Of a stretch of 64,000 nt of DNA, positions 50,843 through 61,487 are shown in pieces (the first letter of the stretch is position 1; every line of letters begins with the position of its first letter). The notes under the pieces are model-generated. The model saw only the letters and a program-made list of their open reading frames with translations, was not told the DNA's origin and did not search any database. Source of the stretch: an uncultured Lachnospiraceae bacterium (GTDB taxonomy: Bacteria; Bacillota; Clostridia; Lachnospirales; Lachnospiraceae); assembly GCA_900315055.1 (NCBI GenBank), contig OMXP01000001.1, positions 25,825 through 89,824 of the forward strand, given 5' to 3'. The position numbers and the translations under genes are program-made.

Positions 50843-52594
50843 TCAGACCGCCTCCTTTCCGTTCGCACTCGCATTCTGCGTGTCATACACCTCACGGTAG
50901 ATTCCGTGAAGCTTCAGCAGCTGCTCGTGCGTTCCCATCTCCGCAATGCGGCCGCCATCCATGACAAGGATCCGGTCCGCGTCCTGTACCGAGGAGATGC
51001 GCTGCGCGATGATGAGCTTTGTCGTATCCGGGATCTCATCGCGGAAGGATTCCCGGATCAGGGCATCGGTTCTGGTATCGACGGCACTTGTCGAGTCATC
51101 GAGAATGAGAATCTTCGGGTTTTTCAGGAGCGCTCTTGCAATGCAGAGCCTCTGCTTCTGTCCGCCGGAGACATTGGTTCCGCCCTGCTCGATCCAGGTA
51201 TCATACCCGTCCGGGAACTGGTCGATGAACTCGTCCGCCCGGGCAAGATGACAGGCGTGCTGAATCTGCTCCATGGTCGCATTCTTGTTGCCCCAGCGCA
51301 GGTTGTCGGCAATGGTCCCGGAGAAGAGAACGTTCTTCTGCAGCACCACGGCCACCGCATCGCGAAGAGCCTTCAGGTCATATTCCTTCACGTCAACGCC
51401 GCCGACCTTTACGGTTCCTTCCGTCGCGTCATAGAGGCGGGAGATGAGCTGTACCATCGATGACTTGCTCGATCCCGTACCGCCGATGATGCCGACGGTC
51501 TCACCGGATCTGATGTGCAGGTCGATGTCCGTCAGGGCATTGCGGGTGCTTTTCTTCGAATAGCGAAAGCTCACATGATCAAAATCGATGGACCCGTCTG
51601 CAACTGTTTCGATTCCGTTTTCCGGCGAGGTGATCGACGCATCGTGATCCAGGACCTCGCAGACACGCTCGATGGACTCCTGGCTCATGACGATCATGAC
51701 GACGATCATCGAGACCATCATGATGGACGCCATGATCTGCACCCCGTAGGTGATGAGGGCGGACAGATCGCCGGTGGTCAGCTGTGTGCCGTTCGAGAGG
51801 ATGATAAGTCTCGTGCCCCTTGCCGCCACGGTCAGCATGGCTGCGAAGATGCCGATCATCATGACCGGCATTGTCAGCTGGACCAGACGGACCGCATGGG
51901 TGAAGTCGTAACGGACCTTCTCGGATTTTTCCTTGAACTTTCTGATCTCGTAATCCTCGCGGACGAAGGACTTCACGACACGGATGCCCTGAACGTTCTC
52001 CTGCACGGAGTTGTTCATCTCGTCGTACTCATGGAAGATCCTGCGGAAGATCGGAATCGCACCCCAGGAGATGAGGAAGATGATGAAGGCAATGACCGGC
52101 ACCATGAAGATGAAGATCATCGCCATCGAAACGTTGATGGTAAGGCTCATGATGATCGCAAAGATCATCATGAGAGGCGCGCGGAAGGCGATACGGATGA
52201 TCATGCCGTAGGCATTCTGGATATTCGTGACATCCGTCGTCATGCGGGTGATCAGAGATGACGAGGAGAACTGGTCGATATCCGAGAACGCATAGGTCTG
52301 TACCTTATAAAACAGATCGTGGCGCAGGTTCCGCGCGTAGCCGCAGGATGCGGTGGCCGCGTGCCGTGCCGCCATCGTGCCGCAGAACAGAGACGCCATG
52401 GCGACAAGGATCAGGATCAGACCATAGTGCACCACAGGCTGCATGGAACCTCCTCCCATCTGATCGATGAGAGAGGCCATGACGGTGGGAAGCACGGTCT
52501 CGAGAACCGCCTCCAGCGTGATATAGACCGGCGCAAGGATGGTGTCCTTTTTGAACTCCCTGACGCTCCCTGCCAGGACCTTGACATGACTCAT
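50843..52594 (-). CDS. ABC exporter, fused permease/ATPase (heterodimer subunit 1, degenerate site)
   Basis: TMD followed by GGTGSSKS, VSGGQKQ, ILDDSTSAVD and IAQRISS: the D-for-E and Q-for-H substitutions typical of heterodimeric exporters. Confidence 0.93.
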   Translation of the reverse strand: MSHVKVLAGSVREFKKDTILAPVYITLEAVLETVLPTVMASLIDQMGGGSMQPVVHYGLILILVAMASLFCGTMAARHAATASCGYARNLRHDLFYKVQTYAFSDIDQFSSSSLITRMTTDVTNIQNAYGMIIRIAFRAPLMMIFAIIMSLTINVSMAMIFIFMVPVIAFIIFLISWGAIPIFRRIFHEYDEMNNSVQENVQGIRVVKSFVREDYEIRKFKEKSEKVRYDFTHAVRLVQLTMPVMMIGIFAAMLTVAARGTRLIILSNGTQLTTGDLSALITYGVQIMASIMMVSMIVVMIVMSQESIERVCEVLDHDASITSPENGIETVADGSIDFDHVSFRYSKKSTRNALTDIDLHIRSGETVGIIGGTGSSKSSMVQLISRLYDATEGTVKVGGVDVKEYDLKALRDAVAVVLQKNVLFSGTIADNLRWGNKNATMEQIQHACHLARADEFIDQFPDGYDTWIEQGGTNVSGGQKQRLCIARALLKNPKILILDDSTSAVDTRTDALIRESFRDEIPDTTKLIIAQRISSVQDADRILVMDGGRIAEMGTHEQLLKLHGIYREVYDTQNASANGKEAV

Positions 52595-52809
52595 GAAATT
52601 TCCTCCTCTATGGATCAAAGGCTTTACAAAACAGGTTCCTTTGTCAGACAGAAAATGACGCAGGTCTTAATAGTGTATCGCACAAATTAATTGCCTGCAA
52701 CCGGTATGGAAAAAGACAGATAGATATATTTATACACTGACGAAAGAAACGCTTCGGAAAAGAGAACTGGCATCTTTCCCGGAGCGTCCATTCGCTGTCT
52801 TATGGGTTC

Positions 52810-54781
52810 TCACTGGTCCGTCTGCAGGAAGGCCTGCAGTTCCTCGAAGGTGCGGCTGCTCTCGTTGATCAGGCGGATCAGCCCGCTTCTTCGATAGGCG
52901 GCAAACCGGCTCTCCGTGAAGGGATTCGGTCCCATGGCCCGTTTCTGTTTCCGTTTCTGTGCCATCTGATTCCTCGCACCTTCGATGGCCGCCTCCAGCG
53001 TGGTGCCGGGGCCCGCCTCAAAGCGTACGATGCTGACAGAAGGGGTAAAGAGTCCCTCGGCAATGGAGGAGAGCCTCATGACCGACACCTGCTGCAGAAT
53101 CTGCTCTTCGACCTGCTTTGCCCCATAGGAGCTAAGAAGCACGAACTCATCCCCTGCATAGCGGCAGACAAAGCAGGCATTTGCGTGCCCCACCAGAGAG
53201 AGGATGCTCCCGATATTCACAAGGAGCTCGTCCCCCGCAAGGTGACCGAAGGTATCATTGACAAGGCGCAGGTTATCGATATTGACAACCCACAGGGCGG
53301 CACCGCCCTTTGCCTGCAGGTCCTGAAAGCTCTGCCGTCCCAGCATCTCGAGTCCCAGGCGGTTCGAAAGACCGGTCAGGGAGTCCGTCATGGTAAGGCG
53401 GGAGAGCTGCCTGTTCTGAGACTCCAGCTGCTCCCGCACCCGGACAAGAGCCAGGGCACTTCCTATCATGCGTGCAAGCTCCATGGCACGGTGAAGGCGA
53501 AAGCTTTCCGTAGTCCTTGCCGCGATGAGGTATCCGGCAAGATTTCCGGATTCCCGGATCGGAAACAGGCAGAGAAGACGAAGTCCCGCAAGAAGATCGT
53601 CCGGCAGAATCCCGGAGGAGACAAAGGACGTATAGATGTGCGTCTTCGGATCCGGGGCAAGTAAAAAGGCCCCGGTTTCATCTTTCGGAAGGACAAGGGC
53701 GCGAAGATCCATGCGGGAAACACTTCCCTTTCGGGCGGACAGATCTTTTGCATGTCCTGGCATGGAAAGATTTCCCTGTCCGAGTTCCCCGCATCTTTCA
53801 TCGAGCGTAAGGTAGATCTGTCCGAAATGGAGGTTCCCTGCTGCCGTTTCAAAAGCTGCCGCAATGTCCGCAATATCACCTGCCTCGTTCAGCCTTTGTT
53901 CAAATGCCGCACGAACCCTGTGATAGACAAGATCGTCCTCCCGTTTCAGAAGATCTTCTGAGACATTGGAGAAGTAAAAATCGCGCAGGTTTCCCGGATT
54001 CGTCGGATTCAGGATCCGTCCCTGTTCCGTGATTTCCTTCCGGATCGGTGCATGGTGCTCCACACAGTCGAAGAGAAGGGAGAGTGCCCTCTGCGCCATG
54101 CCGGGGATATCCCGGGAAACCGAAGCAATCCTGGGGTCGCGGCAGTTCGTATCGTCGGATGGTTCAAACCCGGCAATACGGGCTGTCACATCTTCCGGAA
54201 GGCAGGCCGCAGCGCGCCCTGCTGTGTAATCACCGTCAAAGAAGAGAAGGTCCGGAACATCTTCTTCCGAAATCTCGTCCGGAAGATCCGTATGAGACAG
54301 AGCGCACACCGTGACATGGTCCTTCAAAAGACCTGCATCGGCGCAGGCCTTGAGGAATCCGGAAGGGAGCGGCGCAGTTTCCGGATCGTCCCCGTTTTCC
54401 GTAAAGAAGCAGGCTGTGATTTCCTCCTTCGATTTTCCGGAGTAAATCAGTTCATGGATTCTTTGCAGGACAAGATCGTACTCAGCGCCCGTTTCGTCAA
54501 AGGAAAGGGCCGTGCAGCCAGGGACTAACATGCCGACAGTCACCACGGGCAGGCCTGGGCAGGTCCCCTGCAGCTTACGGACGAGAGATTCCGCACTGCT
54601 TTTCTGACGTCCCGTTCCCTGGAGAACAAAGCCGTCAAAGGTCCCTGCGGCCTCAAAAGCCGTGGAACAGAAAGATCTGTGTATTCAGATGAGACGAGAG
54701 AAACGAATGAATGCCCTTTGTGACGCTCCGGTCAATGGAGTCCTCGACGTCGCCAAGGCAATAGGCAAATCTGCGGATCAT
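52810..54781 (-). pseudogene. Periplasmic-binding-protein-like (LacI-type) sensor + GGDEF protein, frameshifted near its 5' end
   Basis: C-terminal DSLTGLSNR, NDTFGHLAGD and RYAGDEF motifs. The RBS-preceded ATG at 54781 hits TGA at 54655-54653; coding continues in an adjacent frame. Confidence 0.7.
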
Positions 54782-54882
54782 CGTATAGCCCTCCCTCTTC
54801 GTAGACATTCGCAATGATCTGAAACTGCTGTCTTTGTATTTACCACTTCAGTGTAGCACAGCAGCGGGATAAGGTTCCAGAT

Positions 54883-54911
54883 TTCAGAATCGCTTCTTTT
54901 AACGTATAATA
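54883..54911 (+). promoter_or_regulatory. Putative sigma-A promoter
   Basis: TTCAGA (54883-54888), 17-bp spacer, TATAAT (54906-54911). Confidence 0.5.
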
Positions 54912-54956
54912 CCCCTCGGGCCATGTGACCCGCGGATCTTTGATGAGGAGAAGTTT

Positions 54957-56198
54957 ATGAAAATCAGATCACGGCTGTTATCCGCCATTCTTATCCTGGC
55001 ACTTTTCGTCAGCCTGCCCTTTGCGGCACAGGCAGCTCCGGCCAGTGCTTCCCCTGTACCCACACAGGATGATACAAACGCCCTGCAGCAGCAGCTTCTT
55101 GTAAGCTACGGATTTCTTGGAGGAGATGTCACAGCGGTCAATCCCCATGCCTCGTACTCGGCGTCCGAGCGCACGTCGGAAATGGTCCAGTCGAACCTGT
55201 ATCCTTCCTGGCCCCAGGGACTTTCCGTTTCCGCAGAGGCAGCCGTGCTCCTTGATGCCGGCACCGAGACCGTGCTCTACGGAAAGAACGTCCACGAGAA
55301 GCTTTATCCCGCGTCCATCACGAAGATGCTGACCGCCCTTCTTGCCATGGACTGCCTGTCCCTTACGGATACCGTAACCGTCTCGGAACAGGCGATTGCC
55401 CAGAGCGGCACGAGCGGGTCCAACGCGGGGCTCAAAGCCGGGGACGTGATCAGCGTGGAGGACGCCCTCTATGCGATGATGCTGCCCTCCGCCAATGAGG
55501 CCGCCAATGCGATCGGAGAGAAGATCGCGGGGACACAGGCTGCCTTCGCGGAACTGATGAATCAGAAGGCGGCTTCTCTTGGCTGCACGGATTCCCACTT
55601 TGCAAACACCAACGGCATGCCGGATTCGAATCACTACACGAGCGCCTATGACTTTGCGATCATCGCAAGAGCCTACTTTGCAAATCCGACCCTTGCCGCG
55701 ATCTCCAATACCACGGCCTGGACCATTCATGTCCTCGGGGGAAACAGCAGAACCATCGCTGTCACGGGACATCACGACTTTGTAAGCGGCGCCCGCCCCC
55801 TTGCCGGAGTCATCGGCGGAAAGACCGGATACACGAGAGCCTCGGAGCGAACACTCGTGACAGGGTGTGAGATCAACGGGCGGCGGCTCATCTGCGTCGT
55901 CCTGAAGGAGACGTATCCTTCCCACTACACCGATTCCCAGAACCTGTTCCAGTACGGCTACTCGAACTTTGCCTGCGTGAATCTGCAGGATCCTGCCGTC
56001 CGCCAGCTGTACAACGATGCCACCGGCATTTCGTCACGTTTCCCCGGTTATGAGCTCTCCGAAAACGGCGCTCTTGTCATGCCATCTGCCCTTATCACGC
56101 AGCCGCAGCTCCTGACCCCGGTGCTGACCTCGGAGAACACGGTCTCATTCTTCTATGCGGGGAATCTCATGGGAAGCGTACAGCTGAAACAGAAGTAG
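54957..56198 (+). CDS. D-alanyl-D-alanine carboxypeptidase (peptidase S11), secreted
   Basis: Signal peptide (AQA); YPASITK, SAN, HFANTNG and GGKTGYT motifs. Confidence 0.9.
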   Translation: MKIRSRLLSAILILALFVSLPFAAQAAPASASPVPTQDDTNALQQQLLVSYGFLGGDVTAVNPHASYSASERTSEMVQSNLYPSWPQGLSVSAEAAVLLDAGTETVLYGKNVHEKLYPASITKMLTALLAMDCLSLTDTVTVSEQAIAQSGTSGSNAGLKAGDVISVEDALYAMMLPSANEAANAIGEKIAGTQAAFAELMNQKAASLGCTDSHFANTNGMPDSNHYTSAYDFAIIARAYFANPTLAAISNTTAWTIHVLGGNSRTIAVTGHHDFVSGARPLAGVIGGKTGYTRASERTLVTGCEINGRRLICVVLKETYPSHYTDSQNLFQYGYSNFACVNLQDPAVRQLYNDATGISSRFPGYELSENGALVMPSALITQPQLLTPVLTSENTVSFFYAGNLMGSVQLKQK

Positions 56199-56237
56199 AA
56201 AAGGAAAGAAGCCTCAGAAGAAGAGAGAACAATAAAT

Positions 56238-56275
56238 GCACGGGCCTGCCGCATGCTGCGGTGCCCGTGCGTTTT
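56238..56275. terminator. Hairpin terminator between convergent genes
   Basis: GCACGGGC..CCGCA-tgc-TGCGG..GCCCGTGC followed by GTTTT. Confidence 0.6.
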
Positions 56276-56276
56276 G

Positions 56277-57095
56277 TTACTGCTGCATGGCGTTCAGAAT
56301 GGTCTGATACAGGAAGAGGTTGTAGGAGGGCTCATAGTGGAGCCAGTCGTGCCAGACGATCTGCTCCGGATTGTCCTTCATGATCGAATTGGTCTCGATC
56401 CAGGAGACATCCTCGTCGAGCCCATCCCGGATATCCTCATTCCATGTATCGATTGCGTCGTTGGTAAGAGTCGAGGAGGTCGGCTTTGCCTCTTCATGGA
56501 TGGGATTGACGGAGACGTAAAAGACCTTCGCTCCCTGCCCTGTCCAGGTCTTTCCGACGGTGTTCAGGAAGGTGACATAGTCCTCTGCCGTATGGGAGCC
56601 TCCGATGTCATTGACGCCCATGAGGATCGCGATGCGGGTTCCCTGCCCGATATAGGGCTCCATCGCCGGGATCCCGTCGGAGTTCATCCAGTCCATGCCG
56701 ATGCCTTCCTTCGCATCAAAGACAACGCTGTCGTTGACAAGCCTCTGTACCGTGTGAAGGCTCTTATCCCCGGAGACGCCCCAGTACATGCCAACGGTTC
56801 TGGAATCCCCGAGAAGGATATATCCGGCGCTCTCTGCGGGGGATAAGGTAAGGTCCTCACTTGTTTCCATGGGGTATCCCGGTGTGGCAGGATCCGAAAG
56901 ATCTGTTGATGCGGACGATGCTGCCTCGTCCGCTGTCGTCTCTGCATCTGTCTGATCCGTCGTTTCCTCCGGGATCGGCTCCACGGGGATCGTAAAGTCC
57001 GTATTTTCCTCCGTGCTCCCGCAGGCTGTCAGTAAGACAGAGAGCAGTACCGCCGCGGTAATCCCTGTCCGGATCTGTTTTCCTCTGTTTTGCAT
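56277..57095 (-). CDS. SGNH/GDSL hydrolase lipoprotein
   Basis: Lipobox LTAC and acidic linker; LLGDSRT, MGVND and DWLHY blocks. Confidence 0.8.
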   Translation of the reverse strand: MQNRGKQIRTGITAAVLLSVLLTACGSTEENTDFTIPVEPIPEETTDQTDAETTADEAASSASTDLSDPATPGYPMETSEDLTLSPAESAGYILLGDSRTVGMYWGVSGDKSLHTVQRLVNDSVVFDAKEGIGMDWMNSDGIPAMEPYIGQGTRIAILMGVNDIGGSHTAEDYVTFLNTVGKTWTGQGAKVFYVSVNPIHEEAKPTSSTLTNDAIDTWNEDIRDGLDEDVSWIETNSIMKDNPEQIVWHDWLHYEPSYNLFLYQTILNAMQQ

Positions 57096-57201
57096 CTGTA
57101 TGCTCCCCTTTTGTTTTCTCCGGCCATTATACCGTTTCCTTCCTCATCGCGATACAATGGCAGAAAGAAAGGCGCAGATCTAAAGAAGAGGAGATGCCAT
57201 C

Positions 57202-57993
57202 ATGGAACTGATATCCATCATCGGGGACGCCGCAAGAAAAGCGGGAGCGATCATGCTGGAAGGGGTAAAAAGCAGGAGAGAGGTCTTTGCAAAGGACGGC
57301 CACGCAAACTTTGTGACCTCCTACGACAAAAAGGTGCAGGACTTTCTGTTTCAGACGCTTGGCAGCGCCATTCCGGAGGCACATTTCCTCGGGGAGGAGA
57401 ACGGGAAGGACACCTTTTCCGGGGAGGACACGAAGGGGCTCACCTTTGTCATTGATCCCATAGACGGCACCAGTAATTTCATGAAGGGCCTGTTCCCGAG
57501 TGTCACATCCATCGGCCTGTTAAAGGACGGTGCCCCGTACCTCGGTGTTGTCTACTGTCCGTACGCGGACCAGCTCTTTTCGGCGGAAAAGGGAAAAGGA
57601 GCCTTTGAAAACGGAAAGCAGATCCACACTTCGAAAGCTCCGCTGAAAGAGAGTCTTGTGACGATGGGCACCGGTCCCTATTATGAGGGACTTCCTGAAA
57701 AGGCCTTCCGGCAGGCTGCTTTATACATGGACCGCTGCATCGACATCCGCCGCTCCGGCTCTGCCGCCTTCGATCTCTGCATGGTGGCAGCCGGCCATAC
57801 GGGCCTGTACTTTGAGCCGCTGATCCAGCTGTGGGATTACTGCGCCGGAGCGCTGATCTGCACGGAGGCCGGCGGCACGGTGACCGGGTATGACGGCAGG
57901 CCGCTGCCGTTCAACGGTCCGTCCTCTGTTGTGGCAGCATCCGAGGGCGTTGCGAAGGAGAAAGGGTATCTGCCGGAACAGGCGACTGATTGA
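57202..57993 (+). CDS. Inositol monophosphatase family protein
   Basis: NFVT..D, LGEE, IDPIDGTSNF, RRSGSAA and WD..AG motifs. Confidence 0.92.
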   Translation: MELISIIGDAARKAGAIMLEGVKSRREVFAKDGHANFVTSYDKKVQDFLFQTLGSAIPEAHFLGEENGKDTFSGEDTKGLTFVIDPIDGTSNFMKGLFPSVTSIGLLKDGAPYLGVVYCPYADQLFSAEKGKGAFENGKQIHTSKAPLKESLVTMGTGPYYEGLPEKAFRQAALYMDRCIDIRRSGSAAFDLCMVAAGHTGLYFEPLIQLWDYCAGALICTEAGGTVTGYDGRPLPFNGPSSVVAASEGVAKEKGYLPEQATD

Positions 57994-58059
57994 CCGGGTC
58001 GGATCCGAAACTTGCTGACTTCCGGGACCGTTTCCGCTTTCCTCAGTTTCACCAATTTC

Positions 58060-59868
58060 TCAGCGATGCCTTTTTTGCGGCAATGTATTTGCCGGTCCTG
58101 TCAGAGAAACGGTAAATACACCGTCAAGCTGGCCCACAAGGTTTTCGCCAAAGGCAAGGAAGCTTTCTTTGATGTCGTCGACAAGAACCGGCTGATCGAA
58201 GGGAATGCGTTCCATGTGCTGCAGAAGATTTCCCTCCATACGGACTTCCGGCAGGAGACCGCACCAGGCGGCTTCCGGAAGTGTCAGAAAGAGTCTTTGT
58301 CCCTTTTCATCGTTTTCCGGCTCTCCGTAGATCTTTGCACGGATATCGCATCTTCGAAGCCCCGTCTGTTTGATGGTAAGAATAAGAGGTGCATCGACAA
58401 AGTTCAGCGTATCGCCGAGGAAATCTGCAAGAGATCCCCGCTCCACCTCCGTGCGCTTTTCTCCAAAGCCCGCCTTTTTCCAGGCTCTCTGCAGGCCCTC
58501 CCGGATGGCAGCGGCAACTTTGTCATCTCCGAAGTTGCTGTAATCCCGCTGCCTCAGCTGTATGCCGTACTGCGCCTGCAGGTAATAATAGCAGGCCTTC
58601 TTCGGATGCCCTGCTTCCTCCTCGAGGGCCCCGAGTCTTCGTGCAACGTCTGCAAGCCAGGTGCCGGTCTCCCCGCAGAGAACCTGTGGCATCACCTCCT
58701 CATAGCAGTGATCAACAAGGTTCCTTGCAGTCGCAGTGGACTTCGGCACACCGCGTCCTGCCGCATACAGGTCCGCAAGCTTGTACCTTGCTTCGATCAG
58801 GCCTCCCGCAGCGCCGATGGAAAAGTAATAGACGGCCTTCTCATCGTCCGGAACTTTATCCGTCGTTCTTCCGTAGTAGTAGATATATCCCAGACTGTCC
58901 GCATACCACACGTCGGGGCAAAGGTCCATGAGGCGAAGAAGGCACTTCTCACTTGTTTTGTAATCGGTATGATACGGATACTGTCCCTCTCCGTAGGTCG
59001 CATAGGCAAGAAATCGGAGGGCATCGATATTGTCCCGCTCTGTCAGGACATCGACAGCCCGCAGGAAAGCCTTCTCCATCATCGGATTGTCTTTCAGCGC
59101 TTCGGTGTTCTGCGCATATTCATAGAAGATCTGGGTCGGCACATCATACGATACCTCATCCCCCGGATCCTCATGCAGATACCAGAGGATGGTCTTTCCC
59201 CGGAACCAGAGAAGGTTATGGGCGTTCAGGTACTCCTCATTGACGCTGGATACTGGTTCCGCTCCGACAAGATATCTTCCAGCTCCGGAGCCTTTCAGGG
59301 TACATGCGGGAAGTTCCGATCCAATCGGCATATCTTCCGTCAGATGGAAGGCTGGCGTGCCAAGAAACCACAGGTCAAGCACCTGCTCCTTCTCACCAAC
59401 CTGCAGGAATCGAACCTGGAGGACATTATCCTTTGTCTCCACAAAGGAGAGCTTTGCATCGTGCATGCTGTCTGTTGCCTGAAGAAAGGAGGGAAACGTC
59501 TCCTTCGTCCTTACCAGGTGAATGGTGCGGTCTCCGAGGCCGGACCTTGTGGCATTGCACTTTGTAATCACCTGTTCCGGGAGCTTTTCCGGGGTCTTCA
59601 GAGCATTCACATCGTCTATAAGATCTGTAATCGCGTCAGCAGCCTCAATTCCGTCCTTTTCTGTCAGCATGAAAGGCTCCTTCTTCATCGGCAGGGAAAG
59701 AAGCAGGGTATAGTCCTTTTCTTCCTTCTGCCAGACAAGAGCAGATCCTTCGGGGTTCAGGACAAGATATCCGGTGTCCTCCTTTGTTTCTCCCTGCCGT
59801 ATGGCAAAGACCGGTTCAAAGCTCATGCCCTGATCCGTAAGAACGTTTCCCCGTACGATGACCTTCAT
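58060..59868 (-). CDS. Sel1-like repeat protein with uncharacterised N- and C-terminal domains
   Basis: 'ALRFLAYATYGEG', 'ADSLGYIYYYGR...EKAVYYFSIGAAGG..EARYKLADLY..GRGVPK' Sel1 repeats. Confidence 0.75.
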   Translation of the reverse strand: MKVIVRGNVLTDQGMSFEPVFAIRQGETKEDTGYLVLNPEGSALVWQKEEKDYTLLLSLPMKKEPFMLTEKDGIEAADAITDLIDDVNALKTPEKLPEQVITKCNATRSGLGDRTIHLVRTKETFPSFLQATDSMHDAKLSFVETKDNVLQVRFLQVGEKEQVLDLWFLGTPAFHLTEDMPIGSELPACTLKGSGAGRYLVGAEPVSSVNEEYLNAHNLLWFRGKTILWYLHEDPGDEVSYDVPTQIFYEYAQNTEALKDNPMMEKAFLRAVDVLTERDNIDALRFLAYATYGEGQYPYHTDYKTSEKCLLRLMDLCPDVWYADSLGYIYYYGRTTDKVPDDEKAVYYFSIGAAGGLIEARYKLADLYAAGRGVPKSTATARNLVDHCYEEVMPQVLCGETGTWLADVARRLGALEEEAGHPKKACYYYLQAQYGIQLRQRDYSNFGDDKVAAAIREGLQRAWKKAGFGEKRTEVERGSLADFLGDTLNFVDAPLILTIKQTGLRRCDIRAKIYGEPENDEKGQRLFLTLPEAAWCGLLPEVRMEGNLLQHMERIPFDQPVLVDDIKESFLAFGENLVGQLDGVFTVSLTGPANTLPQKRHR

Positions 59869-60020
59869 GAGATTTCCCCTCCTTTTCCCGTGTTCTGTTG
59901 TCATTATACTGTTTCCTGCAAATCTTTTGATCTATTCTGTAAAAATGTACCTTTCGAAAGCGAATGGTATTTCGTAAAATAGGAACACAGGGAGCAGGAA
60001 GAGAGGAAAAACATTCATCC

Positions 60021-61487
60021 ATGCCTCATGTCAATCGAAACGGGCTCATGCTCCAGGGCTTTGAGTGGTATCTGCCCTGTGATCACACGCTGTGGAACCG
60101 GCTTGCCGCACTTGCGGGGACGCTGCACGATTACGGCTTTACCGCCATCTGGTTTCCGCCTGCGACAAAGGGCGCGTTCGGAGACCGGGGCGCAGGCTAT
60201 GCGCTGTATGATCTCTACGACCTTGGCGAGTTCAATCAGAAAGGCTCCGTTCCCACAAAGTACGGAACGAAAGAAGAGTACATCAAATGTGTTCACGCCC
60301 TGCAGAGGGCAGGACTTCAGGTCTATGCCGATATCGTGCTGGATCACATGATCGGAGCGGACGAGGAAGAGACCATCGATGCGATGGAAGTTGCAGCAGG
60401 CAACCGGACGCTCCCCGTCTCCGGAGAAGAAGAGATCCGGGCCTGGACCAGGTTTACATTTCCGGGGCGTCACGGGAAGTACTCGGACTTTGTCTTTGAC
60501 AGTACCTGCTTTAACGGCGTCGACTGGGACGACCGGAAGAAGAAACATGCCATCTTCCTCTTTCAAAATCATGCCTGGAACGGCGACGTGGACACGGAGA
60601 ACGGCAATTTCGACTACCTGATGGGAGCAGATCTCGACTTCTCCAACCGGCGTCTTGTCAACCACCTTCTGGACTGGGGAAAATGGTACCTTGATACCAC
60701 AAACGTGGACGGCTTCCGCCTCGATGCGGTCAAGCACATCCCCTCGGACTTTTACCGTGCCTTCCTTCCGGCCATGCGTTCATACTCCGGGAAGGAACTG
60801 TTCACGGTGGGAGAGTACTGGAGCGCGGATCTTTCGCGCCTGAACCGGTACCTGTCCCTGGTCGATGAAAACATGTCCCTGTTCGATGTGCCGCTGCACT
60901 TTTCGTTTTACAACGCCTCGAACGACGGATACCACTTTGATCTGCGGAGGATCTTTGACAATACGCTGGTTTGTGAGAACCCGGTGCACGCGGTGACCTT
61001 TCTCGATAATCACGACACCGAGGTCGGACAGTCTCTCGGTTCCTGGGTCCGGGACTGGTTCCGGCCGATTGCCTATGCGCTGATCCTTCTGCGAAGCGAG
61101 GGATATCCCTGCGTGTTCTACGGAGATCTCTTCGGAATCCCCGCGCAGAACTTTCAGGGTGTCCCGGAGCTTCCGATGCTGATGGCACTCCGGCAGAGTT
61201 TTGCCTTCGGCGCAGAGTGGGACTATCCGGTATCGGAACACATCACAGGCTTTACAAGACCGGACACCGGTCTTGCCGTCGTACTCTCCGCCCATGGGGC
61301 GGGAAGTGTCCGCATGAAGGTAAATCAAAGGTTTTCGGGGTTCCGCTTTGCGGATGCTCTTGGAAAGATCCGGGAAACGGTTGTCATCGGAGCGGACGGC
61401 TCTGCCACGTTCCCGGTAAACGACGGGACACTGTCCTGCTTTGTACCGGAAGGACAGGCGCCGTCTGCAGGAGGACTGCTGAAATGA
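60021..61487 (+). CDS. Cytoplasmic alpha-amylase (GH13)
   Basis: LQGFEWY, GY..YDLYDLGEF.QKG...TKYGT, and an intact triad in DGFRLDAVKH, VGEYW and FLDNHDT. Confidence 0.93.
   Translation: MPHVNRNGLMLQGFEWYLPCDHTLWNRLAALAGTLHDYGFTAIWFPPATKGAFGDRGAGYALYDLYDLGEFNQKGSVPTKYGTKEEYIKCVHALQRAGLQVYADIVLDHMIGADEEETIDAMEVAAGNRTLPVSGEEEIRAWTRFTFPGRHGKYSDFVFDSTCFNGVDWDDRKKKHAIFLFQNHAWNGDVDTENGNFDYLMGADLDFSNRRLVNHLLDWGKWYLDTTNVDGFRLDAVKHIPSDFYRAFLPAMRSYSGKELFTVGEYWSADLSRLNRYLSLVDENMSLFDVPLHFSFYNASNDGYHFDLRRIFDNTLVCENPVHAVTFLDNHDTEVGQSLGSWVRDWFRPIAYALILLRSEGYPCVFYGDLFGIPAQNFQGVPELPMLMALRQSFAFGAEWDYPVSEHITGFTRPDTGLAVVLSAHGAGSVRMKVNQRFSGFRFADALGKIRETVVIGADGSATFPVNDGTLSCFVPEGQAPSAGGLLK

Noticed and set aside
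48979-52261. Long + strand ORFs opposite the ABC exporter genes
   Set aside because: Shadow frames rich in V/D/H/G/R with no recognisable domain.
50843-52594. Degenerate ATPase motifs (DD for DE, Q for H) in one ABC subunit
   Set aside because: This is the well-known asymmetric site of heterodimeric ABC exporters, not a novelty.
58012-59982. 656-aa + strand ORF, longer than the Sel1 gene it overlaps
   Set aside because: Antisense shadow of the minus-strand Sel1 gene: no RBS, no motifs, and the composition expected from reverse-complemented GC-rich codons.
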